A stretch of DNA of 64,000 bases from Mesotaenium endlicherianum (taxonomy: Eukaryota), in NCBI GenBank assembly GCA_009602735.1, contig WELA01003469.1, forward strand, positions 376,162-440,161. Direction: 5' to 3'. Both the position numbers and the translations under genes were made by a program. Under the pieces are notes generated by a model that had not been told where the DNA came from, ran no database searches, and saw only the letters and a list, made by a program, of their open reading frames with translations. Positions 1-12,500 of this stretch are shown piece after piece. Position 1 is the first letter of the stretch; every line of letters starts with the position of its first letter.

Positions 1-672
1 GCCAACAGTGATGCGCCCAAACATCATGAATCCAGTAGCGCTGCTAGTACACCCTCAATGAGCGCTGGTGACGATAAGAAGGCTAAAGATACAGCATATG
101 TTAACCAATTTGCTGGAGCTCCGACCCTCAAGCAGGCAGAGGAGGATGTCGGTTCTGCTGATGCTGTTGCAGGTAATGCAAACTACTCTGCAGACAAGGG
201 GAAGGAGAAGGTTAAAATTGGCGGATCATCTGACCCGCTGAAGGGCAGCAGAAGCATAGGGACTGTTGCAGGTGCTCGTTTGAGGAAGGCAGGAGTTCAT
301 TCTACTGTTAGGTCTGCTGCTCCGGGTTCCCGATGGTTCGCCTCAGGGTCAGGCCAAGATGCGGAAGGAACTAACCAGCCATATGCCAGTCCTGCGGCGC
401 CTGCCCCTAGCGCAAATCAAGGTGGCTTGGACTACAGTGGGGGTGCTGCGGCAGGCAATGAAAATCGCTCTGCATTTGACGGGGGAGAGGAGGTCAAGCA
501 AGGAGCAAACGGTGGGAAGCAAGATGATAAAGAGCCTCTGACTTATGGCGGTGGCAAAGATAGGGGAGGGTCCTCAACACTGGCTGGGCCGAGTAGCGAT
601 GAAGATGATAAGGGTGGTAATGCCAACCAAGAGCTACCTCCAATGCCTGAGGCAGCAGGACCGTCGTCTTAA
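1..672 (+). CDS. 3' part (probably last exon) of a gene with a Gly/Ala/Ser-rich, probably disordered C-terminus; 5' end lies outside the window
   Basis: The frame is open from base 1 (ANSDAPKHHESSSAASTPSM...) to TAA at 670-672, about 223 codons. Composition is low-complexity and I recognise no domain. Confidence 0.55.
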   Translation, partial: ANSDAPKHHESSSAASTPSMSAGDDKKAKDTAYVNQFAGAPTLKQAEEDVGSADAVAGNANYSADKGKEKVKIGGSSDPLKGSRSIGTVAGARLRKAGVHSTVRSAAPGSRWFASGSGQDAEGTNQPYASPAAPAPSANQGGLDYSGGAAAGNENRSAFDGGEEVKQGANGGKQDDKEPLTYGGGKDRGGSSTLAGPSSDEDDKGGNANQELPPMPEAAGPSS

Positions 673-2758
673 ACGAATAGAAATACATCTACTGCTTCTG
701 ATCACAGGAGCATCACATTGGAGGTAGTGGATAATAAGAGGAATATTCAAATTTTGATGTCCACAAGGACTGGATATGCATATTTTGCTCCTGACAATGA
801 GATCTCACTTCATTTCTGCCGGAGGTCAAGTATGAGGATGCCTGTGGTAGGTGTTTGTGCCAGTCAAATATCAGTGTTGCCAGTGTACCACACTTTCGTG
901 GTTCCTTTGGGAGATGTAGAGCTTTATGCATTCACAATCAGAAGTGATGCAGCATGCAGCTGATACAGTTTATTCTTTGGATTTCCCTCTTATCGCTTTT
1001 GAACATTTTTGCACTGTATAGCATGTGGCCCGTGCACGTATAAGGTGCACAGCTTTGTGTCTAGGTACAATACTTGCAGTTAGATAGGGTCAGTACTTGA
1101 AATCGTACATATCCCTGTTGTATCACTTTTTCGATGAAAACCTTCAAGCTCCACAGCACCGAGGAAAAGTGCATAACATAATAGAGCTTTTCAGATGAAA
1201 ATTCAAAGAGTACTCATTGCAAGAGTGTTTGGTATACTTAAAACGTCTCTACCACTGTAATTACAGATAGTCTCTACCAGCACAATTACCATCCACTATC
1301 ATACAGATGCCAATTTCACACAAAGTTTGGAGTGAATGAAGACGAGTAACAAATCTTATTAAATGTCACATGACATCAAAAACTCTGTATGTATACAGTC
1401 AATAGCATGCGCAAATTGAAGGTTTGCGACATGCAAACCAAAGATTGACAAGGTGTGAAATTTGCCGATACTCGATCCACCTATACCCCTCTGTGCTTCC
1501 TCCTGCAACGCGACATTCATGCAGCAGGAAGTAAGCTGCTCCACTTACCCACCCACCCACTGTTATAAACCCCCGCACATTGGAGTTGCAAGGGATCGGG
1601 CACGAGCCTCATCCTTGTACCAACTTGAGGAGAGACCACAGGGTGATAGAACAGCACAATTGGACCTGACCAAAAAACTACCCGCTGCCTAAGGCACTTG
1701 GATTTTCTGCATAAGACGTATGAACGACCACCTGCCTCTATACCCTGCGAGTAACAGCCATGCGCAGTAGTGTTGTTTTCTCTTATGTGGTACTCTAATG
1801 TCAATTGGCAGTAACCTGCAGAGACTACCCGGCGAACAACTCCAACACAGCATTAGCATGATAATGGCTTTTGCAAGGAGTCGCATCCTTGTCCGATTGC
1901 ACTATGAGTGGCACAGTCGTTGAGCAAGCGTTTCTCAAAAGATTGAGAAGAGTTTTCTTAACATAGTCAGGTCGATATCAACTCTGGCAAATATAAGCTT
2001 CACTGAGAGGATTCCACAAAAACGCACCACACGCATCCTACCATATTACTACTACTATTATTTCAATCATCACCTCTTCGTTCAAGATCACGCAATTTGA
2101 ACACAAATTGTCAAATCCACCATTTTGTCTGCTGGCATACACGATTTTTCCAATGATCAGATTCTTTTCATGTCACAACAACTTAGTTACACAATTGCTC
2201 TAATTGATTGATGGTGGTACTGCTGCCCACCTGATGCCACAAAGACGTTCCAAGCAATATGGTAGGACGTACCAAGATAGTACAACTTGAAACCATCATA
2301 TTTACAATAATAAGTGAGCATGTATTGTCAGCATTCCTCTCTAGCAACCAGCAGGGTCACCAGGGGATTATGCGGTGTACCCCATCAGCCATAGGCTGAA
2401 GAAAAAGTGTATCAAATGATAATAAAAGAAATGGATCTCTTTCATCGAATCTAAGAACACGAGAGCTTTCCCTGCTGCTTGACTGGCTGCAAGGTTCTGA
2501 TGAATACAAGTTGTGAGAAACTATCTTCAACGGAGGTAGGCTTTGTCGGACCTACCTAGTAACCTACTTGTATCCTGAGCACCTAATGAAACAGAGCCAC
2601 AAATCCCCCTCCATGTCCAACTCAAGTCACCCATTCACACCTACCTCAGACCCTACCATTTAAATGAAGGGCGCTTGAAGTCCAAATGCAACTGCTACAC
2701 AAGAGACAGGGAGGGTTTCTATGCAGAAGCACCTCTGAGAGGGCTCGAACGGTGCTTC

Positions 2759-5583
2759 TTAAAATGTTGCCACGTTCTCCTCAACCTCATTGTCAGTGTC
2801 TGAGACAAGTCCTGCCTTGCGTCCCAACGAGCGTGCAACACCAGACCAGTCGAACTTGGCAGGAGTGCGCGACATCATCTCAACACCATTCATTTCCCCA
2901 GCACCCTGCCAAAGACAACCAGTCACATCACTCACATGTCACCATGGTGCACCTGATAAAGCTGGGCACATTAAACGGAGATGTTCTTCATCCTAAACTT
3001 GGGGTCCTCACACTTTCTGAGCTCCCCAAGCTGCTGTCACATTTATCGAGAAGATGACTATTTTGTAGTATCAACCTACCTTCAAGATACAGAAAAGCCA
3101 ACTTGATCCACCCCACATGCCTCCTAAACAACACCCACACCACCAGACATACACCTTGGCCAGACCCGTGATACAATGGTCCACTGCACCTTTTCAGATG
3201 CTCAAACTCAACCGCCAAACAGCTTTAGGAAAGAAAAACCCCTGGTCCCACCAATGGACCTCTCAATACTCCTGGTCGAATCCAGGCAGTCGAAAAATTA
3301 AATACCTTCATAGCTGAATATAAAAAGTGTCGAGTGACCAGCACTTTAGGCCAGTACCAGAAACAAATAATCTACAACACTTTCCCAGCTAAGAGGGGTC
3401 CATATGGATGCTTACCCTCAGACATAAGCCGGCTCCCAGGTTGCAGACAGGGTAGTCATGTGGGCAGCAGTGCTTATGGTCACTGCAGCATGTGGCACTA
3501 TCCATGGGGCAGCATCCCCATGACAGACAAAACTTGCCAATTGGCAGTGCACAGCAGCACGTAGTCCCGTGCTCGCACTGATGAGTAGCATCACACACCT
3601 CCGCGGCCGGGGGTGGTGTAGGGGGGCGAGGTGGGCTAGGGGGGGGATTAGGGCTACTCTTTAACGGGTATGAAGCCTGCATGGTGATTCCACAAGTGCC
3701 CTCCTTGGCATCAATGTTACGTTTCAGGCGAATATACCCCTTCTCTCCCCAGATGGCACCCCAGGAGTTCTTAACAATCCAATAATCCACACCGTTCTCT
3801 GTGCCATATCCGACTGCTAGCACACCATGATCAAGGTCTGTACCACATTCTTCGTCCATGATGCCCTGTGCACACAAACAATGTAACAAAATAGAGGAGA
3901 AACTTCTGGTAAATTCATGCCCTATATGCAAATGAAAGAGACACAGGCTGCAGTGGCTAAGGCACCAGATGGAGCAGGGTGATTGTTATTTCAATACCAA
4001 CATGATGCATCCTAATATGCTTGATCATACAAGGGGTCAGATCACACGGTGCTCACACACTAACATTAAGTGGAGTATAAGTTACTGAGTGTGAAACTAG
4101 CCGCCAACTATGTCTGCATATTTTAGAAAGCCACAACTACTCCTGCACATTCCACATTCCGCACAATCATAGCTTACCGAAGAGTAGAACTGAAAGCCAC
4201 GCTCATCGGCTTCAACAGCGACTGAAACTGGCTGCACAGACACGGCCTTTTTCAAGGTCTCCTCATCACCAGCGGGGACGTCCTCATAGGAATCAATTGT
4301 CACTACCTTTGTGTTTTCCTGCACAAAAGCAACACTAAAACCTTATACTACCACTACAGCAATGATTGTCATCCATACAGTGAGAAAAACAAGGTGGTCT
4401 AAAACAGGCAAATTCGAGCTAGAATTAGTAGCCTTGAAACTAGCCAGCTCTACATGACATGGGTGCCTAAACTGCAGCATATCCAAGAAACTCACTCTAG
4501 ATACATCACACTGGCCATTAAGACCAGTGTAAGGATAATCTTCCTCAGTATCAATACCACCATTTTCGATAATAAATTCGAAGGCATAGTCCATGAGACC
4601 ACCGCTGCAGCCCAAGTCCTGAGCCTTGTCACAATCAACAAGTTCCTGCTCGGATACGGAGACAAGCTCTCCAGTAACAATAGCATTCACGCCCTCAACA
4701 GCTCCAGTCGTTGAGAATGCCCAGCAACTACCTGCGAAATTGACAACAAAATAATAGTGGTGACATATCCTCCTGGCCAAAACTAGTGCAGGCTCCCCGG
4801 GGAAGGCACACATACAGAGATGGAAACTCAAAGTAGGAGTGGACAGAAAAGTTCCCATTCCTTGATGATACTTTCCACCTCTCAGAAGCAACTAGCAACA
4901 GATAAAGCAGGAACAAATCAGCAGCGAATAAGTTACGAGCGCCCTACAATGAGCAACTTACACGAAAGGAACAGCATGATAAGAGAAGATACTAAATTGG
5001 AAGTTAATAAGCCTGTAGTACTTGGAAAACAGATCCAGCTACATGAGTCAAGCTCATTCGCATATATGCCATCAGAAGGATCTGATCACAAAACACAAGT
5101 GATGAGAAACAAGGAAAACCAGCTTGCACGCTCACCACACTGTCCCTGATTCTTCACTGGAGTGACAGCGCCCTTGAGCCTCCAGTCAACTGCATCTTCT
5201 GCAGAAACATTAGCGTGGCTGAAAACGCCAGTCCCCTTCAGACGATTCTCCTGGAGGGATTCGTCAAGCTTAAGCCCCAGATACGTGGACTTGAACTCAT
5301 CATGTGTAAGATGAGCAAAGGCATTCACTGCCAAAGTGTAGCTCTTCCCCTTTTGATTGTGCGCGTGTACAAACTCAACGTTGTCCTTGAACACGGCAAA
5401 ACGGGACTCCTTCTCGACTATAGAGAAGATCAGCCCGTGCTTTGATAGCCATGACTCATATAATGACTTTAAGCTGACGTCGTTCAGAAGGTCGTTCGGC
5501 GAGTACCCAAGGTCTCCTGTTGCAAGTATGGTCGAAGACAAAGTGAGCACAAGGCCCAAAAAGGCAAAGTGCCTAAACGCCAT
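2759..5583 (-). CDS. RD21: Papain-like (C1A) cysteine protease, RD21-type: signal peptide, I29 prodomain, catalytic domain, Pro-rich linker, granulin domain; 473 aa
   Basis: Exons 5583-5136, 4731-4496, 4318-4178, 3865-3416 and 2905-2759, all GT-AG, total 1422 nt. Motifs: [52 protein letters not shown], granulin CCC...CCP...[16 protein letters not shown]. The last exon ([20 protein letters not shown]...ATF*) is not in the ORF track. Confidence 0.95.
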
Positions 5584-5610
5584 GGCGGATGCTGATGGGC
5601 AGCTCCACTG

Positions 5611-5652
5611 ACGCTCTTCAATGCTCTTCAATGCTCTTCAAAGCTCTTCAAC
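5611..5652. repeat. 10-bp tandem repeat (A[T/C/A]GCTCTTCA x4) just upstream of the RD21 start codon
   Basis: acgctcttca atgctcttca atgctcttca aagctcttca read directly. Confidence 0.85.
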
Positions 5653-7003
5653 GACCTCTCTGACAAAAAGTGTCGAGAACCGCGATGATATGGGAAGCTG
5701 TGCGAAGCAGCAGGAACAAGCGGGAAGCAGGAAAGGACTGACGCACAGGCGAAAGTACAAGAGCTAGCACGGGGGAACAGCAACCGCTATAGCTAGTGGC
5801 TCGTAGTATCGAGGTGGATCAGTCGCAGCCACGTCAAGTTTATCGATTGTTACCTAATCGCTACAAATACAATGAATCCAGCGACAACACCAGGGGCTAA
5901 GGGCGGAATTAGACAGCAGGAACGAGTACAAATTCGTATAAACAATGAATAAACGGAATAATGCAGAAAGTGCAACCGCAAATCAATTTATAATCTATAT
6001 CTTGATGCAAAAACACTGGGAATCAATTGACGTGAGGGAAGCAGTCCTCTCTTCCACCCCCCCGCTTGGCTCGGTAACGTGAGAGCCAAGAAATGGCCAC
6101 CTACGAAACGGCAGTATACTACTTGCAACGACGAGATGACTTCCGATCGACGAACAACTCAATATTTAATTACTCTTTTGTTGAAGATCGCGTTCAAAAT
6201 GCGCCTCGAGACTCCTGGATGACCTGGGATGACCTGTTTCGTTGCCCAAATTGCAAATTTCCAGGGCACTCCCCTAGGAAGCAGAGTCGTCAACTTTATG
6301 CATTCTACCGTCGATTTTTCTGCGATGGTTGGCCGACGGTTGGACTCTAGAGCAGATTAACATTTTTAAAGTCGATCTCGTGACCGGAAATCATACACGT
6401 CACGCTGCTGTACATGCTTCCGTTGGAATCCGTCACCCATTATATGCTTTGACCTACTTTGACCGCAGTATTGGCACGTCACTTTCAGCAACTTTCAGCG
6501 TTGTCTATGCCAGTCAGGCCAGCTTAGGGCCAGTTTACAGTGGCCACAGGCACTCAATTGATCAACGCGAATGGCGGAATTGAAAATTACGAGATCGACG
6601 CGACGAAGACAAAATAGACGACCAAGTTTCAAACAGCTAAACAAAAAAGTGTTGACAGTGCACAGGCACAGAATTGATTGAGGGAAATGGTACAATCCCC
6701 TCCACATAATGTCGCGTTTCGTCTCCGCGTCATTTCGGGGCTCGGTCAGACTTCAGAAAGCATAATTTTAACATCGTGCATCGTTCATCTTGCTTTTAAA
6801 ATTTGACCTTTGGGTGCCGAAACCTCACATCCTCACCAGCCGCGAACATAACTTTTAACATAAACCATAGCCTTCTGAATGTAGTAGCAATTATTGTATT
6901 GGCAGCTCCCAACTAGCGAAGGAGGGGTAACACAATATACACATGTACCGTTCCACAACAGCGCATTAAATATCCCAGGTAAGAGAGAGTTAGCTAGCTT
7001 TTT

Positions 7004-7107
7004 TGCGTGCTTACAGCCCCATGACCCGTTTGGTTAGTGGCCTTGTGCATGATCCTGCTTGCCTACAGCCCTATGACCCGTGTGGTTAGTGGCCTTGTGC
7101 ATGATCC
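7004..7107. repeat. 52-bp tandem duplication
   Basis: gcttacagccccatgacccgtttggttagtggccttgtgcatgatcc recurs 52 bp later as gcctacagccctatgacccgtgtggttagtggccttgtgcatgatcc. Confidence 0.85.
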
Positions 7108-8173
7108 AAATTAAAATCGGTAGCAAAAAAAAGAAAGTACTCCTTGGGTACATCCTCATTTGATTCCCCTACCTAATACCGACAGTCCTTGTCGACCGAG
7201 TGGTCGTCGAGGAGGGGTCATTCAAGGGGTCAAACACATTCCATAATTTCAATCCTGCTCGAGAGCAGAATTGAAAACACGAGGTCAATAAATTGAAACC
7301 AGAAAGTTTAATCAAATTCTTCACAAACTTCAGTCAACCGCGTCGCGCCTCGACACCACTGTAAACACCAGTTTCATCGCGCTAAATTTTAAAATGTACT
7401 TCAAGGTACAGCGAAGTACTTTTCAATCAATCAACTTGGCATCGATTTGGCCACTGCAAACTGGCCCCTACAGAAGTCATTTTGAGATTCAATTCAATTT
7501 GGGTGTATGGGGTAGTACCTTGGTACACAAATTATTTAACCGTGAAAATCAAAGATTTGAAACATGTCGCAGACATGTTTCAAATTTCACGACTACCATC
7601 TGTTTGACGGCGCCACTCGCGCTGCACAAGTCACGGCCGCCAAGGTACGGAAGGTCAACACTGAATCACCGACCAAAAGACAGATTTCACCACAGTCAGC
7701 GGCATAAATCAAAGTCTAAGTCACTGAAAAGAGTGATTGTGACGAGTCTAATTGACACTCAGCAATGGGTGGGGTTTTGACAGACAAGTCAACTGAACAG
7801 CTAATTGCTTGGGACCAGCGATGGTCCATACCAGCAGATGCCAGTAAGGCGACACTGACTGGGTAGCCAACCTGACAATGCCACGTCAGGGAAACTGCAA
7901 GGGGCTGTGTGCCACCTCGGCTAGGACCCTTGGGGGACAGCCACAACTTAGGCATCCACCTCGAGCGTCACAAGCCACAGGCCACATCAGTGTGACCGCT
8001 GACCGAGAAGCCGAGCAATCACGCGCGATAGTCACGAGGCGTGCATGCATGCTAAGTGTACTAAGTTAGATATTGAGCAAGGACGGCATGCAAACTCAAC
8101 GCTGTGCCTAAGCGTTGGCATTCCTAAGAGAGGATAACATGCATGGTACCTGGGAAAAGCACGAGCCTTGCAC

Positions 8174-8203
8174 TATAGTGAAACAGATAGATAAAGTACT
8201 TAA
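8174..8203 (-). mobile_element. 30-bp terminal remnant of a family B LTR
   Basis: tatagtgaaacagatagataaagtacttaa matches the B1 LTR terminus tgtagtgaaacagatagataaagtacttag at 56534 and 62710. Confidence 0.75.
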
Positions 8204-8204
8204 T

Positions 8205-9557
8205 TGTAATGAATCAGTCTATTGGTAGATATAATATTTATTTAAATATAACAGTTAAATAAGCTCAGCCAGCTGAACTCTAGTTAATAATCAGTCTGCT
8301 GGACTTTATATTTAATGTCATTTTAATGACTCAGCCGAAAGCAGCAGCCTGAAGTCAGCTTAAGTCAGCTTGCTGACACATTCTTTGACAGCCAGCAGAC
8401 TTCCGTACTCGGTAGCAGCGAACTGCCTCGATATGCATCTAAGTGTGGTATGCTAGATGAATGGCCAGGTGACATCCGTATGATGGATGGCGATTCGGGA
8501 TGATGGGAGATGGCGGTGGATTTGGTTAACCGAGGTCCTACCAACGTGGTTAACTCCCGGGTAGGCGGTGCCATCGCACTGGCCGTTGAACAGCAAACTC
8601 ATTTCATGTACATATGCTAGGCATTGCTCTCGAGTTCGGCATTTGAAAACGAGGCCAACTCTCTTGTATAGCTTACGGAGAGAGAGCTGAATCCAAGGCG
8701 AGAAGCCATTGATACGCACTGTCTTCAAACCTTGCTTATGTATGAGTTTACTAAGTGCATTATTGATGCTAGTTTACTCGCATTTGATTTACATGTATTG
8801 TTCGCTGCTAGTGTGTTGTCCTTTTGCCGTTTAACCAGTTAACAAAAAATCCATAAAGATTACTTGCTGATATAAAGATCTTTATTAATTGTTATCGCCT
8901 ATTTGGTAAGTCGATTCATTTCAGTGGTATTGGAGCAATTATCACAGTCTTCTTCGTATGGTAAGGACAAGGTCTCAAACTAGCAACTCCCGAGACATGG
9001 AGAACCAGGATAACGAGAATGTCAAAAACCAGGCGGAAAGCCATGTAGCGGGAAGCCGTACCTATTCTGAAGCAGTGGCAGATACTGCAGCTAGAGAGGC
9101 TGCAGATGAGGCAGCTGCTATTGTCGCAGTTGCAGCACAGCAAGCTGAGGAGAAGAGAGCCAGATTAGAAGCTGAACAATTAGCAAAGGCCGCTGAAGAT
9201 ACAGAAAGGAGGGAAGGACAGCCAGCTGACGAGCGCACTGTTGAAGAACTTATGGCATCAAGGGCCAATGTTCTGAATCCACCTCCTGCTGTACAACTCA
9301 ATGTACCCCTAGGTCAAATAGGTGACCGGCTGAATGCGGCAGGAATTGCTGCTGCAGGAGCGAGAGGGATTGTTGAGGACACTACTCAGCGAGCAGATGC
9401 CACTGTTGCTGCTGCATTTGCTAGACTCCCACCCCAGAGTGTAGACTTGGGAGCATTGTTCGTTCAAATGCAGTCGCAAATGGCGACCATGTATCAGTCC
9501 CAACAGGAGGACAAAAGAATCATAATGTCTCTACTGCGGGACAAAGACCAACTGGGG
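8205..9557 (+). mobile_element. Truncated family C LTR retrotransposon (C1): 5' LTR 8205-8923, PBS 8925-8936, N-terminal gag from 8958
   Basis: The TGTAA...TTTCA LTR is homologous to 41924-42640 and 43577-44297. PBS is TGGTATTGGAGC. The gag (MVRTRSQTSN...) is near-identical to the one at 44332. Homology ends at about 9557. Confidence 0.9.
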
Positions 9558-12500
9558 TTTAGGGTACATGTCCTAGTCTTGCTCCAGAGTAGACATGTAG
9601 GCCTTTAAAGAGGTCGTTCGGGTACAATTCATACGCTCGATTTGCCATTTGATTGCGGGTGGTAGGCAGTGGACATATCCAGCGATGTACCCAAGTTTTT
9701 GAAGAGATTTTTCCAAAAATGGCTTGGATCTCTCTCCGACACAATTCTTGTTGGTAGTCCATGGAGTCAGAAGATGTTGTCAAAGATGAGTCTTGCAAGT
9801 GGTGGTGCTATAGCCTTAGTCGTCGTGGGAATGAAATGAGCCATCTTGGTAAGTCTGTCCACCACCGTGAGTATTGCATTATGGCCTTGAGGGCACGTCC
9901 ACAATAAGGCCCATTGAGATGTCCGTCAATTACCTCTCCGAGATTGGTAGTGGTTGGAGGAGTCCTCCCGCCTTTTGTAATGAGGGCTTGACTTTTTGGC
10001 ATGTGTCACAGCTCCTGCGGTACTCCTTGACTTGCTTAGACATGCTTGGCCAGCAATAAGTCCGGGCTAGAACGCCCGTGGTCTTTAAGATTCCAAAGTG
10101 TCCTCCAAGAGGGTTGTCAGGTGCTTCTCGTAGAAGCAAGAGCCGGAGGTCTAAGTCATTAAGAACACATCTCTGAACGGTGTCTTACCTCACCCAATAA
10201 TTGCCTTCTTGCTTCTTGTATGGGTTCAAGGTCCTTGTCCTCCGTTCTTGTAGTAAGGGTCTCTTTCATAGGCGGCTGAAAATCTTGCCTCCAAATCCGC
10301 ATGCAAGGTTGACGTAACCGAGTTCACCTGTAGTCTTCAAAGGGGGTCGGCTGGATTTGTCTTCCCCGATTGGCAATGGATTGTGATATTGTATTGTTGC
10401 AAGTATCCACTCCATCTTGCTTGTCTTCTTAAGAGATACGGTTGCGTCTGGAGGTGCTTCAACGCCTTGTGGTCCGTAGTGACCAGTACCTTGCGTCCTT
10501 CAACGTAGCAGCGCCAAACCTTCAAGGCATGTACAATCGTCAACGCCTCTCGCTCCGTGGTTGTATAATTTTGCTCGGCTGGATTTAGCTTCCTTGACTC
10601 GTAGGCAATGGGCTGCAGTCCCTTGCCTTGGTCTTGAAGCAGGATTGCTCCTATTGCATAGGAAGATGCATCGGTGATGGCGTGGAAGGGCCAATCTGGA
10701 TTTGGACTTGGGAGTATAAGCACCGGGAATGTTGTCATTCTTTGCTTCAACTGTTGGAACGCTTCCTCCTCTTTCTTGGTCCAAACGTATGGCTTGTCCT
10801 TCTTGAGTACATCCGTGAGGGGGGCGGCTATGTGTGAGAAGCTCTGGATGAATCTCCTGTACCAATTGGCAAATTTCAAGAATGATTGGAGTTCTTTCTT
10901 GGTAGTGGGGGTTGGCCATTCCTCCACCACCGTGGTCTTCTTGGACTCCATCTTGATGCCATCAATAGTCTCGTGGAGACCTAGGAACTCCACTTCTTGT
11001 ATGGCAAACTCGCACTTTGACTCCTTTGCAAATAGCTTATTGTGCTTCAATATTTCAAGGACTTCGTTAATGTGTCTTGCATGCTCTTCAAGGGTCTTGC
11101 CGCAGATGAGGATGTCATCAATGAATACCACCACAAATTTGTCCAATATGGGCTGAAATATGGTGTTCATCATAGTCATGAAAGTTGCTGGCGCGTTGGT
11201 GAGTCCAAATGGCAGGACCATGAACTCAAAATGTCCATATCTTGTCCTGAATGCCGTCTTCTCTATGTCCGGTTCTGCGATGCGAATCTGGTGGTAGCCG
11301 CTCCGTAAGTCAATCTTCGTGAAGTACTTGGCTCCAACCAGCCGGTCCATGAGCTCATCCATGCGCGGCAGCGGGTATCGATTCTTGATGGTGATCTTGT
11401 TGAGGGCGCGATAGTCCACACACATCCTCAAGGTACCATCTTTCTTCTTGACAAATAGCACCGGGGCTCCAAATGGCGACTTGCTAGGTCGAATGAAGCC
11501 ATGCTCCAGTAGCTCCTTGATTTGCTTCTTGACTTTGTCTAGCTCCGTGTACGACATTTTGAACGTAGGTCGAGAGATGGGCTTGCTTCCGGGCTCCAAC
11601 TCTATCTTGTGGTCTACGAATCTCTTTGGCAATTCCGGGGAGAATACTTTTTTGGAGTCCTCCAAGACTTCTTGTATCTTTTTGGGAGTGGGGCTGCCTT
11701 CTTGACTCTCGATGTCTTTCTTGATGTCTTTTGGCGTGATCAAGGCCAAAAGAAGCTCGTGTTCCTTCCTCACAAGTCCCTTGAGTTGGAGGGCGGACAA
11801 TAGTATCTCGTGTGCCGGCTTCTGGATGTCTTGTGTTTAAACATTCTGGATTGCGCGCAAAATACAGATTCTTGAAGTGATGTCATTCTTGATCTTGATA
11901 GTACCGTCCCTCCAATCAACTTGGGGATTGTGCTTGGTCAACCAAGGCGTCCCTAGGATAACGTCGTACTTGCCCAATTGCATGGGGGAAAACACAACTC
12001 CATCCTTAAAGGATTTGATGGAGAGTGCCAAGGGGTACGTCTTCTTGGAAGGGGTAGTGTAGGATAATCCGTCGGGCATCATAATCTCCTTGTTGTGGTT
12101 GTAAGGTTATGAAAGTGTAGTTTGTCATTTTCTAGCAGTTTATGTGCACAGAGTGTGATTTGAGAACAATTTTGGCCTTTATTTCAAGGCATTTGGACAA
12201 GTATTGAGAAATTTATGAGTCTTGGGAATTTTTAGTGAGTTTTTATCGTCAAAAATTCAATTTTGTGACAAGGACAGGTCCAGTGACGAAAAATTCGGTT
12301 GGATTTTAGTAAGTAGAACATTGAATCATGAGGATTCCAGAAACTACGTACGATTACGTAGAGTGCCACAATCTCGTGGAGTTTCTAGAAACTCCGTGAG
12401 GAGTTTGTGGACTGTGTAGTAGAATATTCTAGAGTGTGATTGTGTGTGCATGTGAATGTGCTAGCTTGTCCAACTAGGCAAGGTCACCTACATGGAAGGA

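Noticed and set aside
1359..1804. Minus-strand ORFs with CAG acceptors as candidate last exons of RD21
   Set aside because: Exon 2905-2759 is in phase and gives the expected post-granulin tail (GV..M.RTPAKF.W). These ORFs show no such similarity.
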